Of a stretch of 47,634 bases of DNA, positions 25,503-38,348 are shown one piece after another. The DNA is from Octopus bimaculoides. Its lineage: Eukaryota. A program made the position numbers and the translations under genes. Within the stretch, counting starts at the first letter, position 1, and every line of letters starts with the position of its first letter. The DNA lies in assembly GCF_001194135.2 (NCBI RefSeq), contig NC_068983.1:77500451-77548084 (forward strand), in the 5' to 3' direction. Below the pieces are notes generated by a model. The model was given only the letters and a program-made list of their open reading frames with translations, did no database searches and was not told where the DNA came from.

Positions 25503-25995
25503 TATATACATATATAAAACAAATATAGATAAACTTAGATATGTTTCGACCAAAAATTGGCCCAGGCTCTATCAAACTTAATAGCACCATCTGATGGGAT
25601 TATCTAAATCCTTTTTAAGTCAAGCTTTGTGGTATCATTCGAGTAGGATTTTTTTTTTTTTTTAGTGAGTTGTATGCAGATATAGGCGGCTTATCCAGTA
25701 TCACTTGAAGAAATTTTATCTAGATCCCCTTTAGCGGTAATGGGATCCTTTTCATCTTTGATCTGCTTCAGGACAATGTTAAATAAGGCAGGGCCTGTTG
25801 AGGAAAACGAATTCTGTTACAGTGTATTTGTGTGCTGTGATCCTGAAATAAGTAGGGAACGTATGACTCATGGTCCTCGGCTTGGATAAATTTTGAAGCT
25901 AATGTTGAGGTCGTTTGGGCAATACTGGTGGTATATTTTCACATCGTGCAAATGATGTATCGCTCACGGCGGCGCTGGAGAGAATAGAGTTTCAA
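25503..25995 (-). mobile_element. CR1-clade LINE, 3' end
   Basis: Minus strand KLYSLQRRRERYII...PNDLNI...GPALFNIV...LDK...DKPP matches CR1 C-terminal motifs; followed by a short 3' stem-loop GGCCAA-UUU-UUGGUC. Confidence 0.85.
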
Positions 25996-27597
25996 TGCTT
26001 TTATGTGTTCCCGATAACTATGTAATTATGTATGCATATATGTGTGTGTGTGTGTATGTATATATATACATACATATATATATATGCACATATATATATA
26101 CATATACATATTTATATATNNNNNNNNNNNNNNNNNNNNNNNNNNNNNNNNNNNNNNNNNNNNNNNNNNNNNNNNNNNNNNNNNNNNNNNNNNNNNNNNN
26201 NNNNNNNNNNNNNNNNNNNNNNNNNNNNNNNNNNNNNNNNNNNNNNNNNNNNNNNNNNNNNNNNNNNNNNNNNNNNNNNNNNNNNNNNNNNNNNNNNNNN
26301 NNNNNNNNNNNNNNNNNNNNNNNNNNNNNNNNNNNNNNNNNNNNNNNNNNNNNNNNNNNNNNNNNNNNNNNNNNNNNNNNNNNNNNNNNNNNNNNNNNNN
26401 NNNNNNNNNNNNNNNNNNNNNNNNNNNNNNNNNNNNNNNNNNNNNNNNNNNNNNNNNNNNNNNNNNNNNNNNNNNNNNNNNNNNNNNNNNNNNNNNNNNN
26501 NNNNNNNNNNNNNNNNNNNNNNNNNNNNNNNNNNNNNNNNNNNNNNNNNNNNNNNNNNNNNNNNNNNNNNNNNNNNNNNNNNNNNNNNNNNNNNNNNNNN
26601 NNNNNNNNNNNNNNNNNNNNNNNNNNNNNNNNNNNNNNNNNNNNNNNNNNNNNNNNNNNNNNNNNNNNNNNNNNNNNNNNNNNNNNNNNNNNNNNNNNNN
26701 NNNNNNNNNNNNNNNNNNNNNNNNNNNNNNNNNNNNNNNNNNNNNNNNNNNNNNNNNNNNNNNNNNNNNNNNNNNNNNNNNNNNNNNNNNNNNNNNNNNN
26801 NNNNNNNNNNNNNNNNNNNNNNNNNNNNNNNNNNNNNNNNNNNNNNNNNNNNNNNNNNNNNNNNNNNNNNNNNNNNNNNNNNNNNNNNNNNNNNNNNNNN
26901 NNNNNNNNNNNNNNNNNNNNNNNNNNNNNNNNNNNNNNNNNNNNNNNNNNNNNNNNNNNNNNNNNNNNNNNNNNNNNNNNNNNNNNNNNNNNNNNNNNNN
27001 NNNNNNNNNNNNNNNNNNNNNNNNNNNNNNNNNNNNNNNNNNNNNNNNNNNNNNNNNNNNNNNNNNNNNNNNNNNNATACATATATATATATAATTTCAT
27101 GTTTTATACAAACAAACATTAATTAGAAAAAAATATAAAACAGATAGATAACGTGTCAATACCGAAAGCTGTGGCCATGCTGGGCATTATACACATATAT
27201 ATTTTCCATAATACATCCTTACACTCAAACATGACCATTCACATATCCTTTTGCTCATGGATTCTGAGACATTCATAAAACATATGTACATATATTTGCA
27301 TTATAAACAGATATAGCTATTAATTACTCTACTTATACAAATTATATACAAAAACTAATTCAATACCATAAAATATTATGCAATTTGGAGTTGTCAAAAT
27401 TATAGTATATTTTGTTTCAGATGGCGGCTGAAATAGATTTTATCGGAAGCCATCTTTCAACCACATTTTGAAATGTCACTTTTAAATAAAGCAGCTGAAA
27501 ATTGCTTCGGCTTTCAACTCGGTATTAACAGTAAATATATGAAAATATAAATGTGTATAAGGCTTTTGTGTAAAGTGTTGAATTTATACACACATAC

Positions 27598-27631
<34 letters not shown>

Positions 27632-27969
27632 NNNNNNNNNNNNNNNNNNNNNNNNNNNNNNNNNNNNNNNNNNNNNNNNNNNNNNNNNNNNNNNNNNNNN
27701 NNNNNNNNNNNNNNNNNNNNNNNNNNNNNNNNNNNNNNNNNNNNNNNNNNNNNNNNNNNNNNNNNNNNNNNNNNNNNNNNNNNNNNNNNNNNNNNNNNNN
27801 NNNNNNNNNNNNNNNNNNNNNNNNNNNNNNNNNNNNNNNNNNNNNNNNNNNNNNNNNNNNNNNNNNNNNNNNNNNNNNNNNNNNNNNNNNNNNNNNNNNN
27901 NNNNNNNNNNNNNNNNNNNNNNNNNNNNNNNNNNNNNNNNNNNNNNNNNNNNNNNNNNNNNNNNNNNNN

Positions 27970-28008
<39 letters not shown>

Positions 28009-30330
28009 GTATGTATACGTGTAAGAATGTATATATGCATCAATGTAAATATATGTATGTTTTGAATATATGTGTGTGTGAGTGTGTGTACACTTGTTGT
28101 CCAATTCATGTTACTCTTAAAAGTGACCTTCTTCATATTAGATCGTATATTTTGTTTAAAATGTAACTCTTTCAAAATACGTCTGGGAATATGGCTACCT
28201 ATCAGGTGTCATATTTTTGAAACATGTTTTAACACAAATAAGATGTACTCTTGACAGCTGTAAACTGACTACATAATATTGCTATTTAGTTAAAATATTT
28301 TGTTACCTTAGGGATATGAATGTTGGCAACATTGACAGAGCAACACTCTAAATAATCTGTCTAATTGAATTTCATTCTAAGTTGAAATTCCTACTGGGCT
28401 TTTCTTTAACTTATACCCTTCTGAAGACAATAAAATAAACACTTTAATTTACTGAAACCCATTGATTTACTTTAGCGTTTTCTCTAGAAAACATTGCTTT
28501 GCCTCTCTTAAAACTACAATTAATTTTTTTTTGTTGCTTTACATTTTTGAGGTTTCACATTTTCAAAGTTTTTTTTTAATCGTTTCTTTGCTATTTAGAG
28601 TTTGTGTTCATGTCGTAGTGAACAATATTTTCCCGATCAACAGTGGAGAAAATGTAATCACCAACTGATGTTCATTTATATGAGCTTCCTAAAATTGACT
28701 CAGTCGTGTTATGACCGAAACGGCTGTGCATAAGGAATCACTTCCACGTTTTGTAAAGCTGGCTTTCACTATAGTTTTTGAGACAAATTAGTTAACTTTC
28801 TCTAGAAATTGATAGTGTGTTTCAGCTTAGAAAATGAAAATAACAACAGGTTGACATACTGAATTATCAGTAAAAGTACTTCCATTTTAAAATTAAGAAA
28901 CTTCTAAAATTTATATGGCGTCTATATTGAAAAACTCACGTGCAATTCGCGTCATCATCTCCAAGGAAACATTCACTCGGCGTAAACTATTAATTGTTCA
29001 TTTCCTAATCTAACGCCATTTCGTCTTGGTTCGATGTGACTCTTCTTCTTCTCTCCAAGAATTATTGGACTCCAAAAATATATGAACTGACACTGTTTGC
29101 TTTTTCATATTTAGGTTGTATTTGTACATATCATTGCTAAGTGAACACACTCTCTTTTTAACCCAAGTTCTATTCTTCGTTACAGTCCTTCAAAAACATA
29201 TGTGAATTTTTCTTATTCCCAGTTTTTTGTGGCCCCAGTAAATCTTTTCACTTTTAGGTGATATGCTTTGAAACATCTAAGCCATAATCCTAAGCATAAT
29301 AAGTGGTAAGCCGAAAAATGCTTCAACTCAGAGTTGAAGCATTAATGTAAGCATGATGTTCTGTACAAATTTATAAATATAAAACTAAATTGTACAATGT
29401 GTAGCATACATGGTAATACAGACGTGTCAAAAATGAATTATACACTGAAATTATTATTGAATGATGAAGGCTATGAAATGATCGCAATCATTCACAATGA
29501 TAAGTTGCTGCATAAATATGTTCATTATTCATACCAACCACCTTTTATGGTTTATATATACCTTGTGAAATAATTTTTCTTCCAACGGAACTCTTGGATT
29601 TCAGCTGCATAGAACTATGCATTACACTCCTCTCCATTGGATTACTACGTCGTTTGCTACCACAGCATTCTATAAATATATATATTAAATTACAAGTCTA
29701 TGTATGTTTATATGTCTATATACATATATTATGCATATATTGATATTGTACATAACCATTAATATTCTTTAGTTTGAACTATTTTGGCAAGTTGATAGAG
29801 ATGAGGTTTTTCTTGTGACTATTCTACACTGGAAGTCCCACAGAGAGTAAATTTGTCTTTGTTCCCTACTCACTGACATTCAGTGTGCGTATTTATTTCA
29901 ACTGAATTTTATTACCTAATAAATTAGTTTATGTTTTGCTATTATTATTCTTCGACTTATGTTCCCTCAATTTTATATTGCTTTGCATTTCAGTACATGA
30001 TACAGGGGGGCTCCGACCATCTTCGTAATGGCCAAATATATAAGAGAAATGTTTAGGACTTTCTCGAACACAAAAACGTTTTTCTGACAGCTTTGTCAGG
30101 TACTTTTAACAAAGAAGTGTGATAAAACCTTAATAACAGGTAAAGCACATTCATGTATCAACAACTAATGCTTTTGCAGCATCAATCGGAGGATTTATAG
30201 TGAATTGAAAGCATTCGACCACATGCTTTGCTGTATTAAAAGTTCTTTATTTCGTGAGATTAAATCCCCACTGAAGTTAATTTTAATTTCATTCTTCCAG
30301 ACGTTATATAATAAATTATTAATCACATAC

Positions 30331-30364
30331 CTTGAGCAATATAATAGAATAAAATTCCTTTCTC
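30331..30364 (-). CDS. Candidate 34-nt internal exon of an unidentified gene
   Basis: Acceptor cacatttttttatgtcAG, donor GTatgt. Open in all frames; the frame continuing from the 32985-33033 exon gives (M)RKEFYSIILLK. Confidence 0.3.
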
Positions 30365-32984
30365 CTGACATAAAAAAATGTGACCGTATAACTGGAATTC
30401 CCTGTACAGTTACTTGTTGATATTTCAACGTCACTTGCACTCATCTTACTTACGTCCATGTGCAATATAAATGTTTTCACAATATTTTATTGTATTTGTT
30501 CATTCTTAAAAGTAATCAGTTTCGTTTTGTCTGTAAACATTACTTTTTATGAACAGGAAGTTTTGCTATAGCAATATATAGAAACTCAGTAGACCGAATA
30601 AATCCATGAAATGTAATAAAGTAAATATTTCATCACAGTAAGTAAAATGGAGTTGTGAAGTAGTAAGCTATGAAGTAGCTTAGTAGTATGGAAACGTAGT
30701 GTAGTGAAATATATATTTGGAGAGAATTTCTAATATTACATTCTGCTTTCTTTCAATATTCTATACGATGTTGAATGAATAAATAAATAAATGAAGCTAA
30801 TATCCTTTTCACTTTCTTCTCCTATAGGATCCAAAGATTCTATTTCCCATTTGGTGTATTCATTTTAACAACATGAAAATGCTTTAAAGGGTTCTAGAAA
30901 TATACATGAAGATTCAATTTCCATAAGTTAATCAAAATATAAGAAAGGTTTCTGTTGAAGAAAGAAATTGCTACACAAGGAGTTTGAATAAGCAAATGCT
31001 TTATAAAATATAAGGAAAAATACATTGAAACAACGGTAAATGGAATAATTATCAGAAAAATCGGAAACATTTTTTTTTTTATTTAAAGAATGCTATTTTA
31101 TTTTTGTCTTTAAAATGTCATCAATAAAAGGAAAACTCAAAAATCCTTTGTCTACAAAACGGAAAGATGGAAATATAATTATTTTACCCCAAATTTCTTG
31201 AATTGCAAGATGCAAAGTTAATTTAATGCTTTGCTCAAGGGAGCAGTTATTTAGAGAAGCATGGAAAATGTCCATGTGACTTCGAGGAAAGTTAAATGCG
31301 TCATTTTCTTCTCCGTATCCCAACTGAGGAAATCGATATTACTTTATTTAATGCGTTCTATTATAAAATTATGGTAACGATTTTTTGTTACATGTTTCAG
31401 CACTGAAACCAGTGCTATCTAGCATGCATACAGATTAAAATCATACATCTCACACGCACAACAGCAAAGTAATAAATCGACCAATGCAATATTAGCCACT
31501 AAATGTAAAATTATCAAGAAACACTGTCATGCGGACAACAGCTATGAACTATAAATACTACTAGTGCAATGTCTCGCCTATTGAATATAATCAATCATTT
31601 ACTTAAACATAAAAAAATCTATATAAGTATCCTCATTATCATCAATAGTTTTACTGATATGTACACCAATAATGCAAAATGCATTACAACAACCACGCTT
31701 ACTTCATATTCCCATTGATCCTGAATTATGGGGTCACCATAGGCACATACAAAAGTCCGAATAATGTGAGCCTTTTGAAATTTTTCAACTTCTTACATTT
31801 TACCCCTCATTTATACAGTATACTTATTGAGGATTTTTGGAAACATGTAAAAATTCAAACAAAACACTGTAGTGTTACTAATGAAACATCGTTTCTACAG
31901 TCACGCTGCTGGAATATCAGCTTATATTACCTAACAAGAGGTAAACGCAGAGACAATTCAGTAGAATATAGTGGGTTTAGGCGCGATGCACCACAATTAG
32001 ACAAGAAACTAACCTCTTTACTATTATCCAGTACCTGTCTTGTGTATCCTTCAGATTCATGCGCATACCTCTTTTGGGCTTGATGTTTGGCAATATAATT
32101 ATTTGATTATCTTAATTCTTTCTGTTGCAAACAACGTACAAGCGGCTGCGAATACTAGAGACACCTTTGCTGAAAAAGTGTGATTAAATGTGATACATTA
32201 GGACATTTACATTACCGATGCAGCCTAGTCTGAATGAGAGATCGATAGATTGAACGGGAGAAATAGATACAGAAGGATCGAAGCTAGTACTATTCTAATT
32301 CCGTATTTATGTAGTTATCTCCACAAACATGTATCCCAGGCAAAATTGTACTCGGTGGGATTTGAAAATCTGAATATCAGGTATTCTATGTGATTTTTGT
32401 TTCTATCCGTCTCTTATGTAACCACAACGTTATGAACACTATTTCTTCTCCCTCAAAATTACGTTTTCACTAGTTGCACATCACCTAGAATTTGGAACGA
32501 GAATTTGGAAACAAAATATCTGCTACGTTGAATATGCTATATACATCGCATAGAATCGTTTACTTTCTCTTATTTCCCTTATATATTCTCAGTACTACCA
32601 AACACCACAGATGAAAAACCTTTCCTCGGTTCTCAAAGCATCGATAATATGCAAAACTGTTCAGTATCCTTTATTTTCTTCTATAATTATCGCTGAAATA
32701 AACCACCAGCTACCTCAGACAGTGTCCGTTTTACATTTAACCAGAAAGGTATTTTTGCCGTAGAGCTATGTCATGATATTACATCATATTAATATCCAAT
32801 GTTTAGCATTTTTCGACGTTGTATATCGCATTGTATTGACATCACAACTTGTTGGAAATTTTAAGCTCACAACTCGGGAATGGTGAACTGGAGATGACTT
32901 CGATGTCATTTGAACTCAGAAGGTAGGAGGGAGCTGAGTATTTTGGCTCGTTGTTCAAATGTTTCTGAGAAGGTACTGACTTAC

Positions 32985-33033
32985 ATGTCACTTTTATCAT
33001 AGTACAATATTCGTTCAGTGGTAAAATCATAGA
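32985..33033 (-). CDS. Candidate 49-nt internal exon of an unidentified gene
   Basis: Strong acceptor gtgtttttcttgtttAG and consensus donor GTaagt; encodes xYDFTTERILYYDKSD(I/M). No family recognised. Confidence 0.4.
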
Positions 33034-33565
33034 CTAAACAAGAAAAACACAGGTTGAAATTAAAGTACATCAGTGTTTTGAAATTAATGTAAAATGTAGT
33101 TTCGGGCACGTTAATATCCATTGCAAACTACTATACACAACACTTCTTCTGTTTCCTCTGTTCATTTATTTTATATATCCTGCTGGATGCATAAGATCAT
33201 TCTCTCTTCACCAGTAATTGTTAGAATGTTAAAAGCTAGCATATCTACACGGAAATACGTAATCGAGATTTTAGGTACCCTGTTGGAATCGTTTCTCTCA
33301 AGAACAATGTAACGCATGTCTCGTATCCGAAACGAAATCATATTAGTTGTTGATATTATATACATGGATATTCTAAAATGGCAGAACAAAATATGGGATT
33401 ATGATTGGCATCTCTACATAAATTTGACGCACATTGCATTCAAGTTGAATGAATATCATATAATCTTTCTCTTTCTCTCTCTTACACACTCACATACACA
33501 CACGCACAGACACACACAAACATGCACATACATAGACACATATAATGCATGCACGAGTATACATG

Positions 33566-33607
<42 letters not shown>

Positions 33608-33790
33608 TGCGTATGGCTATGGTTTTAAGGGGAAAATGTTGAAAGTTGCTTCCAAGTTTTAGCATACTGCCGTCATCAGGCTCTCTACGGCAGGGAGCAA
33701 GGGATAGCCCGGATGTCACTATCAACATTCTGTTGGAAAAATTAATAATCTTTATTATACTATAATATATTAATTTTTTTCCCTTCTTAT

Positions 33791-34040
33791 ATCTTCATTT
33801 ACTTCTTTCATTCATTGGACTGTGGCCATGTTGGAGCATCGCCTTGAAAGTGGGGTGGAACAGAGAGACACGCACACACACATGATGGGTCTTCCATGTA
33901 GTTTCCGTCTACCAACTTTACACAAAACATTACTAGGCCTGTAACTACAGCAGAAGACACTTGTCCAAGTGTCTGCACAGAGAGAATGAATAATGACCTT
34001 AACCACACAACTATGCTTAGTTTAGCGCTCATGTCTGAGG
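33791..34040 (-). mobile_element. SINE family B, diverged and internally deleted
   Basis: ggccatgttggagcatcgcc, gtttccgtctacc and gcagaagacacttgtccaagt are reverse complements of family B segments. Confidence 0.7.
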
Positions 34041-34244
34041 CCTTACTGTAGCACTGCATAATTGAAACCCTGAAAACTTACGTCAGTGCGTCGACAGGAA
34101 AAAATAATCAGTACCAACTACTATGCTTCATATATTGTTATTCTTCTCCAGACCCAATCCCTCCCTGACCAAGCAGGGCTTCATGCGTAATGGTATTCCA
34201 TTCGTGACCATCCTATATTTTTCATTTATTTTCTATTGTTTAGA

Positions 34245-34575
34245 CGCAGGAATGGTTGGGTGTTAAGAAGTTTGCTTCCAAACCTTGCAGACTCAGTCTC
34301 ACTCACTATTTGGAACCATGGGCATGTGTCTTCTAATACAGCCTTGGACCAACTGTTTAATATTTCTTTAAATCATAGGCACCAGGCTTGTAAATTGATG
34401 AAACTAGACGATTACATTAACTCCAGTGATCGAATGTTACTTATATCACCGACCTTGAAAGGATGAATGATAAGGTCGATTGAGACTGAATATGAACTAA
34501 GAATGTAAAGCCAGAAGAACTGCCGCTTAGCACTTTGTCCGACGTGATAATGGTTCTGCCAGTTTACCGACGTCG
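34245..34575. mobile_element. Diverged SINE B head (plus strand) followed by SINE A (minus strand)
   Basis: gttaagaagtttgcttccaaacc...ggcatgtgtcttcta at 34260-34340; gaccttgaaaggatgaatgataaggtcga...ccgcttagcactttgtccgacgtg at 34450-34560. Confidence 0.6.
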
Positions 34576-34799
34576 TTTGGTTTAATATTAATTTAATTTT
34601 ATACAAAACTTGACATGAAGACAAGCATTCCTATTTTCATAAATATGATATGAAAATGCGTGTGCGTGTGTGTATATACACCCCCACACCCCCACACCAC
34701 CACACCCCCACACACATATGTATGCACGAATACAGGTGAATCAAACATCATACAACATTTATTCTTCATTTACTAATATTCTCTCCGCTTCTAGAAGAT

Positions 34800-35455
34800 T
34801 TGTCATATTAACCAAATGATAATTAAAACTAGATCCATGTGAGAAATGGAGACAATGGCAAGACTCAAGTTGACATGCCATAAAGGAAAAGGACAGGCGG
34901 GTTGTCTGGAGCTAAAATGACTGACATAAACACCTCTTTCGCAACAGTCATATCAGCACGAACATTTTCCAAACTTAGCTCCACTGCGCAGCGGATTTAG
35001 AATTATACTAAAATAGTAGAACACCTTTACATATTTGGTAACTTCAATAATTTAAACAAAAGTGAGCTAAGAGAGATAACTCAAAATGTCCAGTGGCATG
35101 CACTTTAATATAGTAAGAACAGTTATAATACAAAATTTTGGAAGTTTTAAAATTTTCTCCGCCTCTACAGTAGGTGTTGTAATTACGAACTGTCAATTGA
35201 GGCTTGCTTCATAGAAGATGGTGTCTTCTTGTATATAGTCCCTGAGTCCCTTGTCTATTGTTGATGATGTTGGATCGCTGCTAGGATGATGATCTCTAAT
35301 GAGGGTTAAAACTCGTCACTAACTATCTTCTAATATCCAGAAAATACACTTGTTCTTTTCTTTCATGACATGTCAACATTGAAGAATACTTGATTCTTTT
35401 GATTATCTCCATTTCACACAACGAGCTTGTCATAACTGCCATTTGGCAATTACGA
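34800..35455. repeat. Old diverged inverted repeat, arms about 34800-34920 and 35330-35455
   Basis: tgtcatattaaccaaatgataattaaaactagatccatgtgagaaatggagacaat...ttgacatgccataaaggaaaaggaca aligns with the reverse complement of the right arm at roughly 65-70 percent by eye, with one indel. Confidence 0.65.
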
Positions 35456-36231
35456 CATAGAAACAAAAATCTAAATAGGGATATATAGTCTCAGTATTCA
35501 ATTGATGTTTAACATTTCCGAGAATTAAGTAGGATTTGTGACAGAAACCCCTTAAACACTCAATAAAAAAGAAAAGGCATATTGGAATCTATGAGACAAT
35601 GTAACGCTTGCAACTGAAGGAATCACCGGAGGAACGGTATAAGCATTATTCATGCAATCTAAGCAGTAGGAATCTCTCTTTCTCGTAGTATTCGTAAAAT
35701 GTACTAGCAATAAAATAATTAAAATAATCACACAATGTCACTAAAATTTTGAATTAAACACAAATGTATTGCTACAAAACCATGTGAAAGAAAATAATTT
35801 CAATCGGAAAAATAAGTTTGCTGAGTCCTCAAGGAGTTTAAGTTATCTTCATGCAACTGGAAAGTAGCTACTCAATGTCTACTTGATGGAAATTGATTTC
35901 AAATTCAAGTAATCTATAAATGCGATGTCATTGATCCAAGCTAAGAACAGGTATTATATTGTTATCGCAGAAAATCATTTTGAGATCTGCTATAATATCC
36001 ACAACAATACACCTGCTCACAAAAATTTAGGTAAAATTGTATCATTAGCAAACTATAGAAAGAGATTATAGTTAAGGGTTACTAATTTCAAACTGTAAAT
36101 GTTTATGCATTTCAAACATAATTGCATTTCATCTTACAGCACTATTTTATCCTTTGTCTTGCCACCATTCTGCCTACATGTCTTTCATATGTACACATAT
36201 TTCATATGTACACTATGGGAATATATATTAT

Positions 36232-36299
36232 CTCGACTAAAGGCGGTGCTCCAGCATGGTCGCAGCCAAATGACTGAAAAATGTAAAAGAGAGTAAAGA

Positions 36300-36300
<1 letters not shown>
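36232..36300 (+). mobile_element. SINE family B 3' tail fragment
   Basis: ctcgactaaaggcggtgctccagcatggtcgcagccaaatgactgaaa...gtaaaagagagtaaagag. Confidence 0.8.
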
Positions 36301-36341
<41 letters not shown>

Positions 36342-36403
36342 GTAACAGAGAAAGATGAATTTCGATTATCCCCACGTAGTAAGTTGTAATGTATATAAGG
36401 AAA

Positions 36404-37232
36404 TTAAAAAAAGGAAAATACCCACGGTTTACATAGTTTTGATATCATTTTTAACATATCGACTGGTGTCGCTTTCGCTATTCATGATATTATGGTTTAC
36501 TTATTTGAATATGCATTTTCATAAGAAGAAATTTTGCCCATGTTGTGTGTGATGATATTTACGTGTGAATGGCTTCACAAGTAGTGAAATAAGGGGAGGT
36601 AATTGGTTATCGTTATCATTGTTGTTGTTGTGGGCAAGGGAGATAACTGTTCTGCTTTCGGTAAAGGGAGAGGAATATATGTGTACACACACACACAAAC
36701 ACACACACACACACACACACAAACACACACACGAAATGGTGATGTAATTGTGAATTGAAATATTGTAAAAAGATAAAAGTATTTCTGCGTGTATATTAAG
36801 ACGTGTTCTGTATTTTTCAATGAAAAAAGTTTCTTTATTTAAACGTACTTGTGGAGAGATTGTGTCTTTACACTGGTAGAAGGAGAAGACTGAAATTTGG
36901 TTTGATGTTGTCTGCACATTTTTCTATATATTCACTGAGAGGCATTTGCCTGTATTTCCGGAAACGGATTTGCTCTTTATGTAGAGTGGTTCTCCTTCTC
37001 AAGGCCATACTTGTCTGCCGAATATAGTTATGTCCGCAAACCAAGCAGGTTATTACATAAATTAAGTTCTCAGAGGCACAAGTGAAATTAGTTTTAATTG
37101 TGAACCTCTGTCCTTGTTTCTTCTTAAGAAAATACATATTCAAATAAGTAAATCATAATATCTTGAATAGCGAAAGCGAAACCGGTCAGTATATTAAATC
37201 TATGTAAAGTGTGTGTATTTTCCTTTTTTAAA
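36404..37232 (-). mobile_element. Penelope-like element 3' part (GIY-YIG endonuclease) bounded by inverted terminal repeats 36404-36531 and 37117-37232
   Basis: FTIKTNFTCASENLIYVITCLVCGHNYIRQTSMALRRRTTLHKEQIR...PLSEYIEKCA is a PLE GIY-YIG domain. The arms are reverse complements at about 85 percent with one roughly 12-bp indel. Confidence 0.9.
37157..37195 (+). ncRNA. Decayed minimal hammerhead-like motif in the PLE inverted repeat; second copy at 36453-36491 on minus
   Basis: AAUAU-CUUGAAUA-GC-GAAA-GC-GAAAC-CG-GUC-AGUAUAUU. The 3' half is canonical (2-bp stem II with GAAA loop, GAAAC, palindromic ACCGGU, GUC triplet); the CUGANGA box is degraded. Confidence 0.5.
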
Positions 37233-37300
37233 NNNNNNNNNNNNNNNNNNNNNNNNNNNNNNNNNNNNNNNNNNNNNNNATATATATATATATATATATA

Positions 37301-37460
37301 TACGACGGGCGTTTTTCAGTTTCTGTCTACCAGATACATTCACAATGCTTTCGCTGGCCCGAAGCTATAGTAGAAGACACTTGTCCAAGTTGCTATGTAG
37401 TGGGATTGAACCCGGCATCATGTGCCTGGAAAGCAAGCTTCTTGCCACTCAGCCTCGCCT
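37301..37460 (-). mobile_element. SINE family B 5' half
   Basis: gtgggattgaacccgg (B-box reverse complement), gaagacacttgtccaag, aagcaagcttct. Confidence 0.85.
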
Positions 37461-38227
37461 TCGGCTGCAAGAGATACAATTCATTTATTAATGAAAGCTA
37501 CAGTAACGTTTTAAAGTTGTTAGGACCCGTTGAAGACCTTACATTTAGATACACAATACATCAGGCTAGAAGTGTATTGTAATCACTCCGATGCCTACGA
37601 TGATCAGTTAGCTCGAAGAGGGATTGCCTACCATTAAATAATGAGAAAAATAATAGCAAAATCACTTACTTTTGCGCTGATTAATGAAAATAATCGTAAA
37701 TATCATGCGAAAAGCTTACGTCATAGTTTTCGAAAATTCATTTGCCTGCAATCTCTTCTCATTTAATGATGACAATTTTACATTAGAAAAATGCCAGACA
37801 ATTTAATTTACAATGTATAGTAGATCTAATTGATACCTGTATATGATGTCTCTTATTTTATTAGCCTGTGCATAATGAAATGCAAAGCTAACCGCAGGGG
37901 GGCTTCAATGTGATATACAATAATGGATTTCAATATGGAAAGGCATGTGAATGTATTTATACGTACACACCTACACACAAATGAAGACTCATAGACACAT
38001 ACACAAATATGTATACAAAAATTATGCACATATATGCATAAATAAGTATACATATACAAATTCATATATATCTATCTGCGTACTTGCAAACTCCAGTTAT
38101 ATTAAACTGTAAACGTGGCTAAATGAATGATTTTATTTCCACAATCCATAGAAAAATAAACTAAAATTGCCTCACCAATATTCTTAAATCTGTGGTCTGT
38201 TTTATTAAATTATTTACTTTATAAGGA

Positions 38228-38233
38228 ATAATA

Positions 38234-38277
<44 letters not shown>

Positions 38278-38302
38278 AATAATAATGATAATAGTGATAA
38301 TG

Positions 38303-38338
<36 letters not shown>

Positions 38339-38348
38339 GTAATAATAA
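38228..38348. repeat. (TGA)n/(TAA)n microsatellite 5' of the Dong insertion
   Basis: Direct reading. Confidence 0.95.

Noticed and set aside
25536-25566. Hairpin followed by GAAAC-AUAU on minus, hammerhead-like
   Set aside because: No CUGANGA box and no valid cleavage triplet; better explained as the CR1 3' UTR stem-loop.
28700-28730. GUC-loop-GAC-CGAAAC-GGCU-GUG motif
   Set aside because: Only the 3' half resembles a hammerhead; no upstream core.
32985-33033. Loose resemblance of YDFTTER to the YD-x3-R strand of ependymin-related proteins
   Set aside because: Too short; no signal peptide or conserved cysteine exons found to support it.
33650-33690. CUGAUGA-CGGCAGUAUGCU-AAAAC on minus
   Set aside because: The GAAAC box is mutated and neither stem I nor stem III can be formed.
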